Shown piece by piece: positions 38,957-49,104 of a stretch of DNA of 55,802 nt. The stretch covers positions 1-55,802 of the forward strand of contig LBRX01000005.1 of NCBI GenBank assembly GCA_000991645.1, in the 5' to 3' direction. The notes beneath the pieces are model-generated. The model worked only from the letters and a program-made list of their open reading frames with translations. It was not told the origin of the DNA and did not search any database. Made by a program: the position numbers and the translations under genes. The stretch's first letter is position 1. Each line of letters begins with the position of its first letter. This DNA is from Candidatus Moranbacteria bacterium GW2011_GWE2_36_40 (GTDB lineage Bacteria; Patescibacteriota; Minisyncoccia; Moranbacterales; GWC2-37-73).

Positions 38957-41900
38957 TTACCTCCGCATTTCAACCTTGCCGGTGTTGTACAAATTAGAAA
39001 TTTCTGCGGCGGAAAGGGCGCGGTTGTAGATGCGGACTTCGTCAAGTTGTCCAGCAAACTTTATTCCATCGTTTGCAGAACGACCCATTCGCAATGGAGC
39101 ACTTGAATTAAAAATCGGACCAACAGCATTAGAAATACTTGTTTCAAGATTTCCATCAATATATACTGACATTTGTGACGTGCCATCTGTGATATAGTGA
39201 TAGGTTACAGAGAAATAATGCCAGGAACCATTATTGATATTTGAAACTGAATCTGGCTGGCTAAATGTACCTGTATCATATATTCCATTTTTGGAAACTA
39301 TCATCCTAATTTTTCCACCACTGACTTCAAGCGCGAAAGCCCTGCCATTACTATCAGTATTGTATTGCCCGATAACTAAAGATTCGCCAGTAACTGTAGT
39401 TTTTACCCAACCAGAAATTGTCAAATTCTGCAAATATGAATCAAAACTTGAATTATCTGTTTTTTCAACATAACCATCCACCCCATCAAAAATCAACCCC
39501 TGCCCAACTTTCCCTGGTGTCACGGTGGCGCCGGAGATGGTGCCGTTGTTGCCGAGACCGGAGCGGTCGTAGGCGGTGGTGCCGAAAATGTCGGGGCCGT
39601 CGAAGGACCAGAGGCCGACGAGGCCGTTAGTGCTTTTTGAATTCTGTGAAGTCTGCATTGTTGTTTGCCCTTGATTGTATAGTTGTCCGATTTCGCTGGC
39701 GGAAAGGGCACGGTTGTATAATCTGAAATCATCAATGATGCCAACGTAACCAAAAACAGTGCTTCTTCTGCCAATTTGAAGTCCTGTCATTGCAGCAGGA
39801 TTTGCCAGCGCATCTGTCGTATCCAAAACACCATCAATATATCCTCTGATATTCGTGCCATCTCCAGTATAAGAAACATAGTGCCAAGCACCATCCGAAA
39901 CACGCTTTGATGTGTCCGTTGTCCAAGCAGTCCCGTTATAGAATTTCATAACACCTCCACCATATTCAGCAATCCAATACCACGCATTGTTTGTGGCAGT
40001 TGCTATATATGGGGAAGCACCACCAGAGCCTGCAGTTTTTATCCAAGCTGAAACAGTAAAGTTTCCACTGTTCGTGGTATTTGAGGAAACCACATTTGTG
40101 ACACCTCCAAAACTCATCCCCTGTCCCAATTTTCCCGGAGTCACTGTTGCGCCGGAAATGGTGCCGTTGTTGCCATTGCCGGAAACATCTTTGGTTACAG
40201 TGCCACTGGTGTCGTCGCCGTCGAATGTCCAATGCCCAACTAGTCCAGCGTCTAAATTAGGCGATGATTGCTGGGTTTGCAACACTGTGTCAGAAAATTG
40301 ATCAGCGCCGATGTCCCAAGGATTAACACGCACTTGACCATCAATATCTGTATCAAAGGCAAAAATACTGTCGTGCTGCAAATCCAATCCTGCACCTTTG
40401 GCAGCGGTATCAGTTGAGGCTAGATGGAAATTTTTATTGGTTGTATCGACAAAAGAAACGGTAGTAGAATTTTTTGAATTAGCACCAGGAGCATCAGTTG
40501 CAAGGTCGGAAATGTTGTAATTTGAAGCAGCATCAAAATTTCCTACGTAGCCATCTGGAACATTCTGAACAATATTATTTTTTGCAACCATCAACACACC
40601 CGAATCCATATTTCTAATTCCATTGGCTGTGGAACCATAAACAATGTTATTGTATACGTATATTTTTTTTCCGCCGCCGTCATAATACCTTGCAATACCA
40701 TTAACACAGCCATAAATTATATTATTAAGAACGTAAACGTTGTCATTATTACTTGTGCCAGCCCCATCAACTCTGATTCCATAATTAGCTCCATATGAGG
40801 ATTTGATAATATTGCTTGAAATTTTTATATTTTTAGCTCCACTTGAAATATACAAGCCATTGGGACCAATATTAAACTGGATTCCATCAATAATAGTATT
40901 GGAAATGTTTAGACTAAATCCAAAATTTCCATCAATTGCAAATTTAGAATCATCCCATTTTCCTTGATGACGCTGACTTTGATTAAGCTCTGTCGATGTG
41001 TTGCTCGGTGCATACATCTTGATGTAATTCGACGATGAAGTAACTAAATTTGTACTCATCGTCAATCCAACATTTATCGCTCCAGTATCATAATATCCAG
41101 GAAGATTGACTTGATAATTTCCAGTGACCAAATTGGCCGTATTCAAATGACTTGAGTCTGCAATTGCATTGGCCCCATTGCCAATAGCCTGCATAAACGA
41201 AACAAATGCATGCGCAATTGAAACAACTGTTGAACCTGTGCTATCCGCAGGGACTCCTCCTGTGGCTGTGATAAGTTTCCACTGCGAAGTTGAAATTTTT
41301 TCTGAAATATATGCAACGGTCGCTCCGTTGTATGTAACTTTATCTCCAACACCCATGTTTGTTGCTGTTTGCGCAACTGAAAAAGTTCCAACGCCGCTGG
41401 CGATTGTCACAGTCGGTGTGCCAGTTTTATGATCGTTTGTGTTTTGCCCGACGGAATAAAAGATTGCCGTAGCGGCTTCGTCAGCGCCGATATCAACAAC
41501 GCCCACTCCAGTTGGTCGAGCTTGTCCGTCAATATCAGTCGTAATCGGCAAATTAGAATCCGCTGATAAGTCGCTGCCGGAATTCCTCGCTGATGTGTCG
41601 CTGATACTTAAATGGAAATCTTTATTGGTGGCGTCAGCGAAAGAAACGTTTTTACCTTGAAACGAAACATTGGGAGATGTTGCGTCAAAGGATATATTAT
41701 TTCCACTTTGATCAACATTAGCTAATGAAAAATCTGTTCCATTTCCTGATGAAATATTGTTATATACAGCGATATATGGTACGGCGCCTCCACCAATAGC
41801 TAACCCTATTCCTGTATTATTTATTAACGTATTGTTGTAAAACAAATGGTTTACGGCTGTGCTGTTTTGATATCCGGTGGTCATCCCGGTGTACCAGCCA

Positions 41901-42550
41901 TAAATAATATTGTTCCATACTTTATAACTCCTTCCCGCGTTAAACTGAATACCGTTAGTCATTGCCCCAGGAGTACCTGAACCCGTTGCCCTTATTATAT
42001 TATTAGATATTTTAATATCAGTACTCGCACTAGCAGCCATGTTTTCTCTTATTCCCTTTGACTGGTTTACCTTACTGCCCGAGTTAGCGATTTGCAAACC
42101 GTCAATTGTTACATATTCTTCGGAGACTTCCAATATTTGACCATATTCAGCGCTCGACTCAATACGATATTTCCCATCATCCCACTTCCCCTGATGCCTT
42201 TGTGAATTATTCGCTTCAGTTGTTGTATTGTTTGGCGTATAAATTTTAATAAAATTTGAAACACCTGTTGTGTAGCCAGAAACCGTCACAGCAGTTGTAT
42301 CTGCAGCACTGTCATAATAGCAAGGGAAATTTAATTGATAATTTCCTGTCACCAAGTCTGTGGTGTTAAGATGATTTGCATCAACCGAACCTGTAACTGC
42401 AGCAGACAAACTCGTGTATTCATGTTTGATTGAAACCACAGTTGAATCTGTGATGTCTGCAGGAATTGCTCCAGTTTTTGTCACAAGATTCCAAACTGAA
42501 GTTGATGTTTTTGATGCAATATATGCAATGTCAGTTGTGTTGTATGTCAC
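38957..42550 (-). CDS. Paralogous beta-helix (two modules) plus two-LamG surface protein; N-terminus lies in frameshifted ORF 42547..42813
   Basis: Modules nearly identical in their conserved parts to modules 1/4 and 5 of the 2628-aa ORF. Confidence 0.85.
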   Translation of the reverse strand: MTYNTTDIAYIASKTSTSVWNLVTKTGAIPADITDSTVVSIKHEYTSLSAAVTGSVDANHLNTTDLVTGNYQLNFPCYYDSAADTTAVTVSGYTTGVSNFIKIYTPNNTTTEANNSQRHQGKWDDGKYRIESSAEYGQILEVSEEYVTIDGLQIANSGSKVNQSKGIRENMAASASTDIKISNNIIRATGSGTPGAMTNGIQFNAGRSYKVWNNIIYGWYTGMTTGYQNSTAVNHLFYNNTLINNTGIGLAIGGGAVPYIAVYNNISSGNGTDFSLANVDQSGNNISFDATSPNVSFQGKNVSFADATNKDFHLSISDTSARNSGSDLSADSNLPITTDIDGQARPTGVGVVDIGADEAATAIFYSVGQNTNDHKTGTPTVTIASGVGTFSVAQTATNMGVGDKVTYNGATVAYISEKISTSQWKLITATGGVPADSTGSTVVSIAHAFVSFMQAIGNGANAIADSSHLNTANLVTGNYQVNLPGYYDTGAINVGLTMSTNLVTSSSNYIKMYAPSNTSTELNQSQRHQGKWDDSKFAIDGNFGFSLNISNTIIDGIQFNIGPNGLYISSGAKNIKISSNIIKSSYGANYGIRVDGAGTSNNDNVYVLNNIIYGCVNGIARYYDGGGKKIYVYNNIVYGSTANGIRNMDSGVLMVAKNNIVQNVPDGYVGNFDAASNYNISDLATDAPGANSKNSTTVSFVDTTNKNFHLASTDTAAKGAGLDLQHDSIFAFDTDIDGQVRVNPWDIGADQFSDTVLQTQQSSPNLDAGLVGHWTFDGDDTSGTVTKDVSGNGNNGTISGATVTPGKLGQGMSFGGVTNVVSSNTTNSGNFTVSAWIKTAGSGGASPYIATATNNAWYWIAEYGGGVMKFYNGTAWTTDTSKRVSDGAWHYVSYTGDGTNIRGYIDGVLDTTDALANPAAMTGLQIGRRSTVFGYVGIIDDFRLYNRALSASEIGQLYNQGQTTMQTSQNSKSTNGLVGLWSFDGPDIFGTTAYDRSGLGNNGTISGATVTPGKVGQGLIFDGVDGYVEKTDNSSFDSYLQNLTISGWVKTTVTGESLVIGQYNTDSNGRAFALEVSGGKIRMIVSKNGIYDTGTFSQPDSVSNINNGSWHYFSVTYHYITDGTSQMSVYIDGNLETSISNAVGPIFNSSAPLRMGRSANDGIKFAGQLDEVRIYNRALSAAEISNLYNTGKVEMRR

Positions 42551-42813
42551 ACGATCCCCAACTCCGTGACGGTCGGCGTGCCAGTTTTTAAATCAGAAGC
42601 TGATTGTCCGACAGAATAATAGACAGGGGTCGCCCCATATGCCGAAGATGTAAAAGCAAATCCTCCAAGAAAAATAAAGATTGCAAACAAAAATCCACCA
42701 AGTCGCATACGACGACCGGCAACGGGGTAAATAGCTTGAGCGTGCACGGTGAAAAACCCAAATAACAACGGGGTTAATAAAGTGAGAATTGTGAGTCTTA
42801 GTCTGGATTTCAT
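42547..42813 (-). pseudogene. N-terminal fragment of the 1197-aa gene, separated by a ~49-nt deletion at 42565/42566
   Basis: YYSVGQSASDLKTGTPTVT joins GVGDRVTY out of frame; the paralogous module has IASGVATFSAAQTGNI in between. Confidence 0.85.
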
Positions 42814-42911
42814 GCTTAAGTTTCTTAGGTAATTTAAGTATCTTAGTAAGACTCTTAAGTAACCTAAGTTTCTTATTAAGTATCTTAAGAATCTTAAGGT
42901 TCTTAAATTTT
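42814..42911. repeat. Degenerate 9-bp tandem repeat (CTTAAGnnn)
   Basis: About ten units; related units occur inside (~43068-43100) and upstream (~43427-43462) of the four-helix-bundle gene. Confidence 0.75.
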
Positions 42912-43426
42912 TTAATACCCTCTGTATTCCCGTCTTTTTCTGTGCAACTCCTCTGAAAGACCACCTTCTTTTTGATGCTTCAATTTCAACGCCTCAACTT
43001 GGCGATGGAGAAGCAATGTTCAGGCAACTCGATTGTTTTCAAAAGTTCTTCGGCTTCACGCTCCTTGCTTAAGACGCTTAAGTCGCTTAAGTTTCTTACG
43101 AGTTGCGCGCTTTTGGCGCGCAACAACAAAACTCGTGGATCGTTTTTATCCCATTTATCCAGTTTTCGTTGACGCAAAAAATCCTCCAAGTCGCCAGTCA
43201 ATTCCTCCAATGATCCCTTGGCAATGCCAGTAAGATTAATGGCCACTTTCAATGAAACATCCATGTCATCCGAGCCTTCCACGATGTTTTGTTTTCCACT
43301 TCTAGCTGCACCATCCATTTGCTCTTTCAGTTTCCAACTTTTTATCCATTTTTCAGCAAACTCAACCTCTCGGTCATAGATGATGACCGAAAACCAATAT
43401 GTATAAAGTTTTTTGTATGGTTGCAT
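42912..43426 (-). pseudogene. Four-helix-bundle (23S IVS-protein-like) gene with suffix domain, frameshifted near 43018
   Basis: EQMDGAARSGKQNIVEGS...AKGSLEEL..DLEDFLRQR; another frame continues LLLHRQVEALKLKHQKEGGLSEELHRKRREYRGY*. Confidence 0.8.
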
Positions 43427-43466
43427 AAGTTTTTTAAGATTCTTGGATTACCTAAGTTTCTTCATG

Positions 43467-46400
43467 TCACAGTTTTTCCTCCATAATAACCCAATCAAAT
43501 AAAACGTCTTCGGTGACAAGATTCTTCACGCTAACAGTAAATCCTTCTCCGAATTTTACTTCGGTGACAGCGATTCCTTGATCAAGCGCAACTTTTGGTG
43601 TGATGAAAACTTTTGATGAAACGCTTGCGGCTTTTGTTTTAACAAAGAAAGTTTTTCCATCACTCAATGTATCATCGTCTTTATCATCTTCGTCAATATC
43701 TTTTTTGATTGAAGTAATTGAGTCCTCACCTATCGTGCGAGCTTCTGGATCCAAGACAGACACGATTAATTTGCCCGCTTCCAAACTTTTGACAGTTAAT
43801 TTTCCAGCAATTGCAATATCGCCAGCATCCTCACCCTCTCCAACGCCAAGCAGCATTTTTATAAGTGCAACGTCTTGAGTGTTCAAATCAATTTGCGCGA
43901 TGTTTAATTCAGAATTTGCTTTGATCTGAAGCTCAGCCATTTGTGTCTGCAATGTTTCAATCAATTTTGCTTGTAGCGCAAGCTGACTGCCCAAATCAGA
44001 AACGATCGTGACTTGATTTTCAACAATTTGATTAAAATTACTTTCAGCAGCTGCAACCAATTGATTTACTTGATCCTCAATATTCATGCTGGCAATATTT
44101 AAGGTTACAGCTTCTTCAACTTTTTCAACAGTCAAACTTTGATTTCTGCGTGAAATCAAAACTTGAATTGTTCCTTTTTCGCCAGCAAATGATTGAATCG
44201 CAACACCAACAGTTGATTCGCCAGCATTGGCTTTGCGCAAATATCCAGCAGTTGCGGCTGCTGTCAGATTATCCCCAATTTGAATTGCACCATTTTCACT
44301 GGAAACTTTTCCAGGAACCTGACCGAGCATCGCTGTGATTGCATAATTTTTGTCATTTTCTCTTCCCTCAGGAGCATTTCCCAAAACTGAAGGACTTGTT
44401 GAAATTATTCCTATGATGTCACTGTCGCCAGAACGCTGGCAACGTTTTACTGCATTTTCATTTTCCGTGTCAACGCAAACAGCCTCGCCTGGTTTCAAAT
44501 CTGTGTCTTTGGTATAGAAATATTCAGCATAGTCAGCACTTCCATTTGTCCATGCGTTCGTGCTGTTAACATATGCACTATTTGTTCCATCGCCATTCCA
44601 ATCAACCATGAATTTATACGTCGGTGCGACCACGCCAACACCAACATTACCGTTATCCAAAATGGTAAAGTTGGCTGTGCCGGCAGAATTTGATGCTTGC
44701 AAAGTTATTCCCGTTCCTGTGCCTAATCCATGAATATCAAACATTCCCCCAGGTGTTGTTGTATTCACTCCAAGACCAAACGTGCTCATTCCACCTGCGC
44801 CATCTGATGTTCCATACATTGTCAGCATGGCATTTCCATCCAAACTTGCAGTATAACTGTTAACCACACCGACAGCAGAATCGGTTGTTACTGCCATATC
44901 AATCCAATTTATTATTCCAGAATCTGCAGCAAATTCTTGTGTTCCCATGCTCAAGCTTGCAATTGAAGTTACTCCACTGGTATCAATTGAAAATGCGCTA
45001 GTTCCTGCAATGCCATCGCCATTGAAAATCTTAAATTTGTTTGAATCAGTCACATCAACTCCCATTGAAAATTGTTGAGCTCCAGCGCCAAGTCGGAAAT
45101 AGTTATTCGTGTTGTCCCAATAAAGGTTAGCGTTATTTTGATCATAAATTCCACTTGCGCCTGCAAAAACTAACGAACCTTGAGTGAATTGAGTGGTTGA
45201 ACCTGTGCCACCGTGAGTCACATCAATGGCAGTTCCATTCCAAACACCGCTCGTGATTGTTCCGAGCGTTGTTATTGAACTTGCGCCAGTCCATGTTCCA
45301 CCAGCGATTGCAGCCAAATCTGCATTATATCCTTGCACATCAGTTCCAATTGCAAGTCCCAAATTTGTTCTGGCTGTTGCTGCATCAACCGCGCCAGTTC
45401 CACCATTTGCAACAGCTATTGCAGTTCCATTCCACGCTCCAGCGACAACTTGGCCGGAAGCGTTGATTTGAAAAGCATCACTCGTGCCAACTGTGAAAAG
45501 TGAAGCAGGAGTGGTGTCGCCGATACCGACGTTGCCACCGGAAATTGCAGTAAGTGCCGCAGTCCCACCTGGTCTTATATAAACAGTTTGCCCTCCAGCA
45601 GAATCAATATACATAGCGTTCTGAGAATGAATCACTCCACTATTTCCAATATTTATTGAACCATTTATATCAAGGGCATATACTGGCGTTGCCATACCTA
45701 TTCCAACATTGCCGTTATCCAAAATAGTAAACTTGGCTGCGCCAGTTGAATCAGATGTTTGCAGCGCTACACCAGTTGTCGTGCCACTGCTATGCACATC
45801 CAACATTGCACTCGGCACACTGGTGTTGATTCCAATTCCACGATTAGCAATGCCGCCAGCGCCGTCAGAAGTTCCATACACGGTTAGCATTGCATTTCCA
45901 TCTAACATCGCTCCATAACTTTCAACCGTTCCGTTTGTTGCAGTCGAGGTCACTGGCATATCGGTCCATGAAATTGCTCCTGAATTTTCAGCAAACGATT
46001 GCGCTCCAAGTTGCAGACTTGCGATGTTCGTCACTCCATTTGTATCTATCGTAAACTGACCAGTTCCCGCAATTCCACTTCCAGTTGCAATCTTAAATTT
46101 GCTTGAATCAGTCGCATCAACTCCCATTGAAAATTGTTGAGCGCCCGCGCCAAGTCGGAAATAGTTATTTGTGTTATCCCAATAAAGATTGCCATTACTA
46201 TTTTGAGAATAAATTCCTGATGCTCCCGCAAAAACTAACGAGCCTTGAGTAAATTGAGTCAATGTTCCCGTTCCACCACTAGTAACCGGTAAAATTCCAG
46301 TCACATTTGTGGATGCAAGATTAATCGCATTAGCAGTAATTTGTTGACCACTTAAAGATAAATAATTTTCTCCTGCTATGGTTGCAGCGCTGTGAATTGC

Positions 46401-47681
46401 CGTGCCACTCCAAGTCGGAACTCCAGCGACCAAGGTTAAAACTTGTCCATCTGAACCACGAGTAATTTTTCCAAGTGTTGAGGTAGTATCCGCATACAGC
46501 ATATCGCCAATAGAATATGAAGCATAACCAGTTCCACCATATTGTGCACCTAAGGCAGTAGAAAGTGTCAATGAATTGAATGCCACATCTGATGTTGTGT
46601 TGATTGTTTGTGGAAGAGAAATCGTAACTGCACCATTTGCAGCTGAAACAGCAACTTGATTAGCAGTTCCAGCCAAACTTGTCACTCCAGAGTTAGCAAT
46701 TGAAATTGAACCAGCGCCATTAGTGATAGAAATTCCAGTGCTAGCAGTTAATGTTGCTAAGGAATATCCTGCACCATTTCCAATTAACAATGTTCCACTA
46801 GCTGCACTTGCACCATTAACTCCCGTTCCGCCATATTGAGCACCAATCGCACTTCCTTGCCAAGCCCCAGCCACGACTTGACCGGAGGAGTTGATTTGGA
46901 ATTGTGAAGTTGCACCGACTGAGAAAAGTGAAGTTGGGGTTAAAGTTCCAATTCCAACATTAATTTGATTTGAACCACCGATACTTATATTTGACCAAGA
47001 ACTTGAGTTTCCATAGATCAAAGTAGCTCCAGAATTAGAAATGGCTGGATAACTACTCATATAGTAACTTCCGCTTGAAACAGCCAAATCTCCTGCAAAG
47101 TTTGAAATTCCATTAACATTTAATTTATAGCCCCCTGGCACAGTTCCAATTCCCAACCTCTTGTTTGTATTGTCCCAAAACAGATTTGTGTTGTCTTGAG
47201 AATAAACTCCACTAGCTCCCGCGAAAACTAAGGAGCCAGGCGTGAATGCTCCTGCTCCTGTGCCTCCATTAGCAACTGGTAAAATTCCGGTCACATTTGT
47301 TCCGAGATTAACAGTATTTAATGATGCCAATGTTCCCAACCCAACAATATTTCCATTTAATTTGTTGATTGCCTGCAAGATTGTATCAGTTGCAGTAATA
47401 GTGCCTGCACCTGAAACAAAACCGGTTAGAAGTTTTCCAGTTACTGCAGTGTCAGTGAATGATGCTGATGGAAGTGCGTTGGTTGCCAGTGTTCCTTGAG
47501 CCGATGTTGCATATGCAGATGAAGCGGTGAATGCTGCAGTTCCCAGTAGTCCTGTTACTGAATTTAAGTTTGTAACTGTAGCTGTCATGCCTGTCAGGTT
47601 TGTGGCATTGGCTGCTGTTCCTGTTGTGTCTTGATTTAGAATTGGAATATCAGCCACTGCAATTGCTCTCATGGTTGGCAT
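43467..47681 (-). CDS. C-terminal part of a giant tail-fibre-like adhesin with an intramolecular-chaperone-like (peptidase G2-type) region and coiled coil
   Basis: GGTG and GNVGIG repeats; SADYAEYF...GIISTSP...GQVPGKV motif. Confidence 0.7.
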   Translation of the reverse strand: MPTMRAIAVADIPILNQDTTGTAANATNLTGMTATVTNLNSVTGLLGTAAFTASSAYATSAQGTLATNALPSASFTDTAVTGKLLTGFVSGAGTITATDTILQAINKLNGNIVGLGTLASLNTVNLGTNVTGILPVANGGTGAGAFTPGSLVFAGASGVYSQDNTNLFWDNTNKRLGIGTVPGGYKLNVNGISNFAGDLAVSSGSYYMSSYPAISNSGATLIYGNSSSWSNISIGGSNQINVGIGTLTPTSLFSVGATSQFQINSSGQVVAGAWQGSAIGAQYGGTGVNGASAASGTLLIGNGAGYSLATLTASTGISITNGAGSISIANSGVTSLAGTANQVAVSAANGAVTISLPQTINTTSDVAFNSLTLSTALGAQYGGTGYASYSIGDMLYADTTSTLGKITRGSDGQVLTLVAGVPTWSGTAIHSAATIAGENYLSLSGQQITANAINLASTNVTGILPVTSGGTGTLTQFTQGSLVFAGASGIYSQNSNGNLYWDNTNNYFRLGAGAQQFSMGVDATDSSKFKIATGSGIAGTGQFTIDTNGVTNIASLQLGAQSFAENSGAISWTDMPVTSTATNGTVESYGAMLDGNAMLTVYGTSDGAGGIANRGIGINTSVPSAMLDVHSSGTTTGVALQTSDSTGAAKFTILDNGNVGIGMATPVYALDINGSINIGNSGVIHSQNAMYIDSAGGQTVYIRPGGTAALTAISGGNVGIGDTTPASLFTVGTSDAFQINASGQVVAGAWNGTAIAVANGGTGAVDAATARTNLGLAIGTDVQGYNADLAAIAGGTWTGASSITTLGTITSGVWNGTAIDVTHGGTGSTTQFTQGSLVFAGASGIYDQNNANLYWDNTNNYFRLGAGAQQFSMGVDVTDSNKFKIFNGDGIAGTSAFSIDTSGVTSIASLSMGTQEFAADSGIINWIDMAVTTDSAVGVVNSYTASLDGNAMLTMYGTSDGAGGMSTFGLGVNTTTPGGMFDIHGLGTGTGITLQASNSAGTANFTILDNGNVGVGVVAPTYKFMVDWNGDGTNSAYVNSTNAWTNGSADYAEYFYTKDTDLKPGEAVCVDTENENAVKRCQRSGDSDIIGIISTSPSVLGNAPEGRENDKNYAITAMLGQVPGKVSSENGAIQIGDNLTAAATAGYLRKANAGESTVGVAIQSFAGEKGTIQVLISRRNQSLTVEKVEEAVTLNIASMNIEDQVNQLVAAAESNFNQIVENQVTIVSDLGSQLALQAKLIETLQTQMAELQIKANSELNIAQIDLNTQDVALIKMLLGVGEGEDAGDIAIAGKLTVKSLEAGKLIVSVLDPEARTIGEDSITSIKKDIDEDDKDDDTLSDGKTFFVKTKAASVSSKVFITPKVALDQGIAVTEVKFGEGFTVSVKNLVTEDVLFDWVIMEEKL

Positions 47682-49104
47682 TCCTGCTGATCCGTTTGGT
47701 GCAGCCCAGAAGAAGTTTGCTGTGCTTGATGAAAATGCTGGAGCATATGATGAAGATGCGGATGTTTAAAGTGTTTGTGCCGTTGGCTGTGATGGTAAGG
47801 CCGTTAACTGTTGTGAATGAGGGAGTGGCTGAAGTTGCAATTGAAATACTTCCAACTCCATTTGTAATTGCAATATTATTTCCCTGAGTAAGGGTTGCAA
47901 GCGCATATCCATCACCCTTTCCAATTAAAAGTGTTCCATTTGCTGCAGTAGCACCACTAATGCCAGTTCCACCACGTGAAACATTCAAATATTGTTCATT
48001 GCCAAGTGTATTTGTGCCTGTCCAATATGTCACATACCCATTAACTCCTGTACCTGTGATTCCACCAACACCAGAAACTGTTGAGCATGCCCAAACCTTG
48101 GTCGTATTATTCCAAGCCAAAACTTCATTATTTGCACAACCTTGAAGCAACGCCAATTGATTGTTCAATGCTCCAGAAAATTGCATACCAGAAAATGAGG
48201 AAGTTGCTGGCGAAGTGCCACCATTCGCAGAAAGAAGTGCAACTGAAAGTGTTCCTGTTTCTGTTATTGGACCACCAGTAAGACCATCACCAGAGCCAAC
48301 ACTTGTTACTGTTCCAATTCCACCAGTTCCCCCTGTTACCGTTCCCCAATAAAGATTACTACTTGCATCAATTTTTAAAACTTGTCCAGATGCTCCAGTT
48401 GCTGTTGGAAGTGTATATGCAATATCGGCAGCTTGTGAACCGCTATTTTGAAAAGCAGTTTGATATGTTCCTGATTTTATATTCAAAGCACCATCAAGAG
48501 TTGCACCCGCAAAGGTTGGTGAATTTGTTGTTTGCAAGTTTTGATTAATAGAAACATTTGCACCAGTAATTGTAAGTGTTTTTGATGCTGTTCCTCCAGC
48601 AACTGTGAATCCATCAGCCAATGACGAAAGAGTTAATCCGTTAACTTTAGTTGGAGTAATATCGCCAAGTGTTAGTGTAATTGCTGGAGTTGTTGTTGCT
48701 GTTGCAACTGAACCAGAAATTCCGTTGGCAGTTGTGACTGAAACTGTTGTGACTGTTCCGCCAGCTCCAATATTTCCATTTAATTTTTGTATTGCTTGTA
48801 GTATTGTATCGGTAGCAGTAATCGTTCCAGCACCAGAAACATAGTTTGTTAGAAGTTTTCCAGTTACTGCAGTGTCAGTGAATGATGCTGATGGAAGTGC
48901 GTTGGTTGCTAGTGTTCCTTGAGCAGCTGTTGCATATGCAGATGAAGCCGTGAATGCTGCAGTTCCTAGAAGTCCCGTTACTGAATTTAGATTTGTAACT
49001 GTAGCTGTCATTCCTGTTAGGTTTGTGGCATTAGCAGCTGTTCCTGTTGTGTCTTGATTTAGAATTGGAATATCAGCCACTGCTATTGCTCTCATGGTTG
49101 GCAT
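47650..49104 (-). CDS. Middle part of the same adhesin (frameshift fragment)
   Basis: Begins with the same sequence as the 1404-aa ORF (DNA duplication 47425-47806 / 48848-49233); out-of-character C-terminus. Confidence 0.7.
   Translation of the reverse strand: MPTMRAIAVADIPILNQDTTGTAANATNLTGMTATVTNLNSVTGLLGTAAFTASSAYATAAQGTLATNALPSASFTDTAVTGKLLTNYVSGAGTITATDTILQAIQKLNGNIGAGGTVTTVSVTTANGISGSVATATTTPAITLTLGDITPTKVNGLTLSSLADGFTVAGGTASKTLTITGANVSINQNLQTTNSPTFAGATLDGALNIKSGTYQTAFQNSGSQAADIAYTLPTATGASGQVLKIDASSNLYWGTVTGGTGGIGTVTSVGSGDGLTGGPITETGTLSVALLSANGGTSPATSSFSGMQFSGALNNQLALLQGCANNEVLAWNNTTKVWACSTVSGVGGITGTGVNGYVTYWTGTNTLGNEQYLNVSRGGTGISGATAANGTLLIGKGDGYALATLTQGNNIAITNGVGSISIATSATPSFTTVNGLTITANGTNTLNIRIFIICSSIFIKHSKLLLGCTKRISRNANHESNCSG

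Noticed and set aside
9439..39050. Orphan LamG ends as additional DGR TR/VR pairs
   Set aside because: Differences among copies involve all bases, none is AAC-rich, and none resembles the TR
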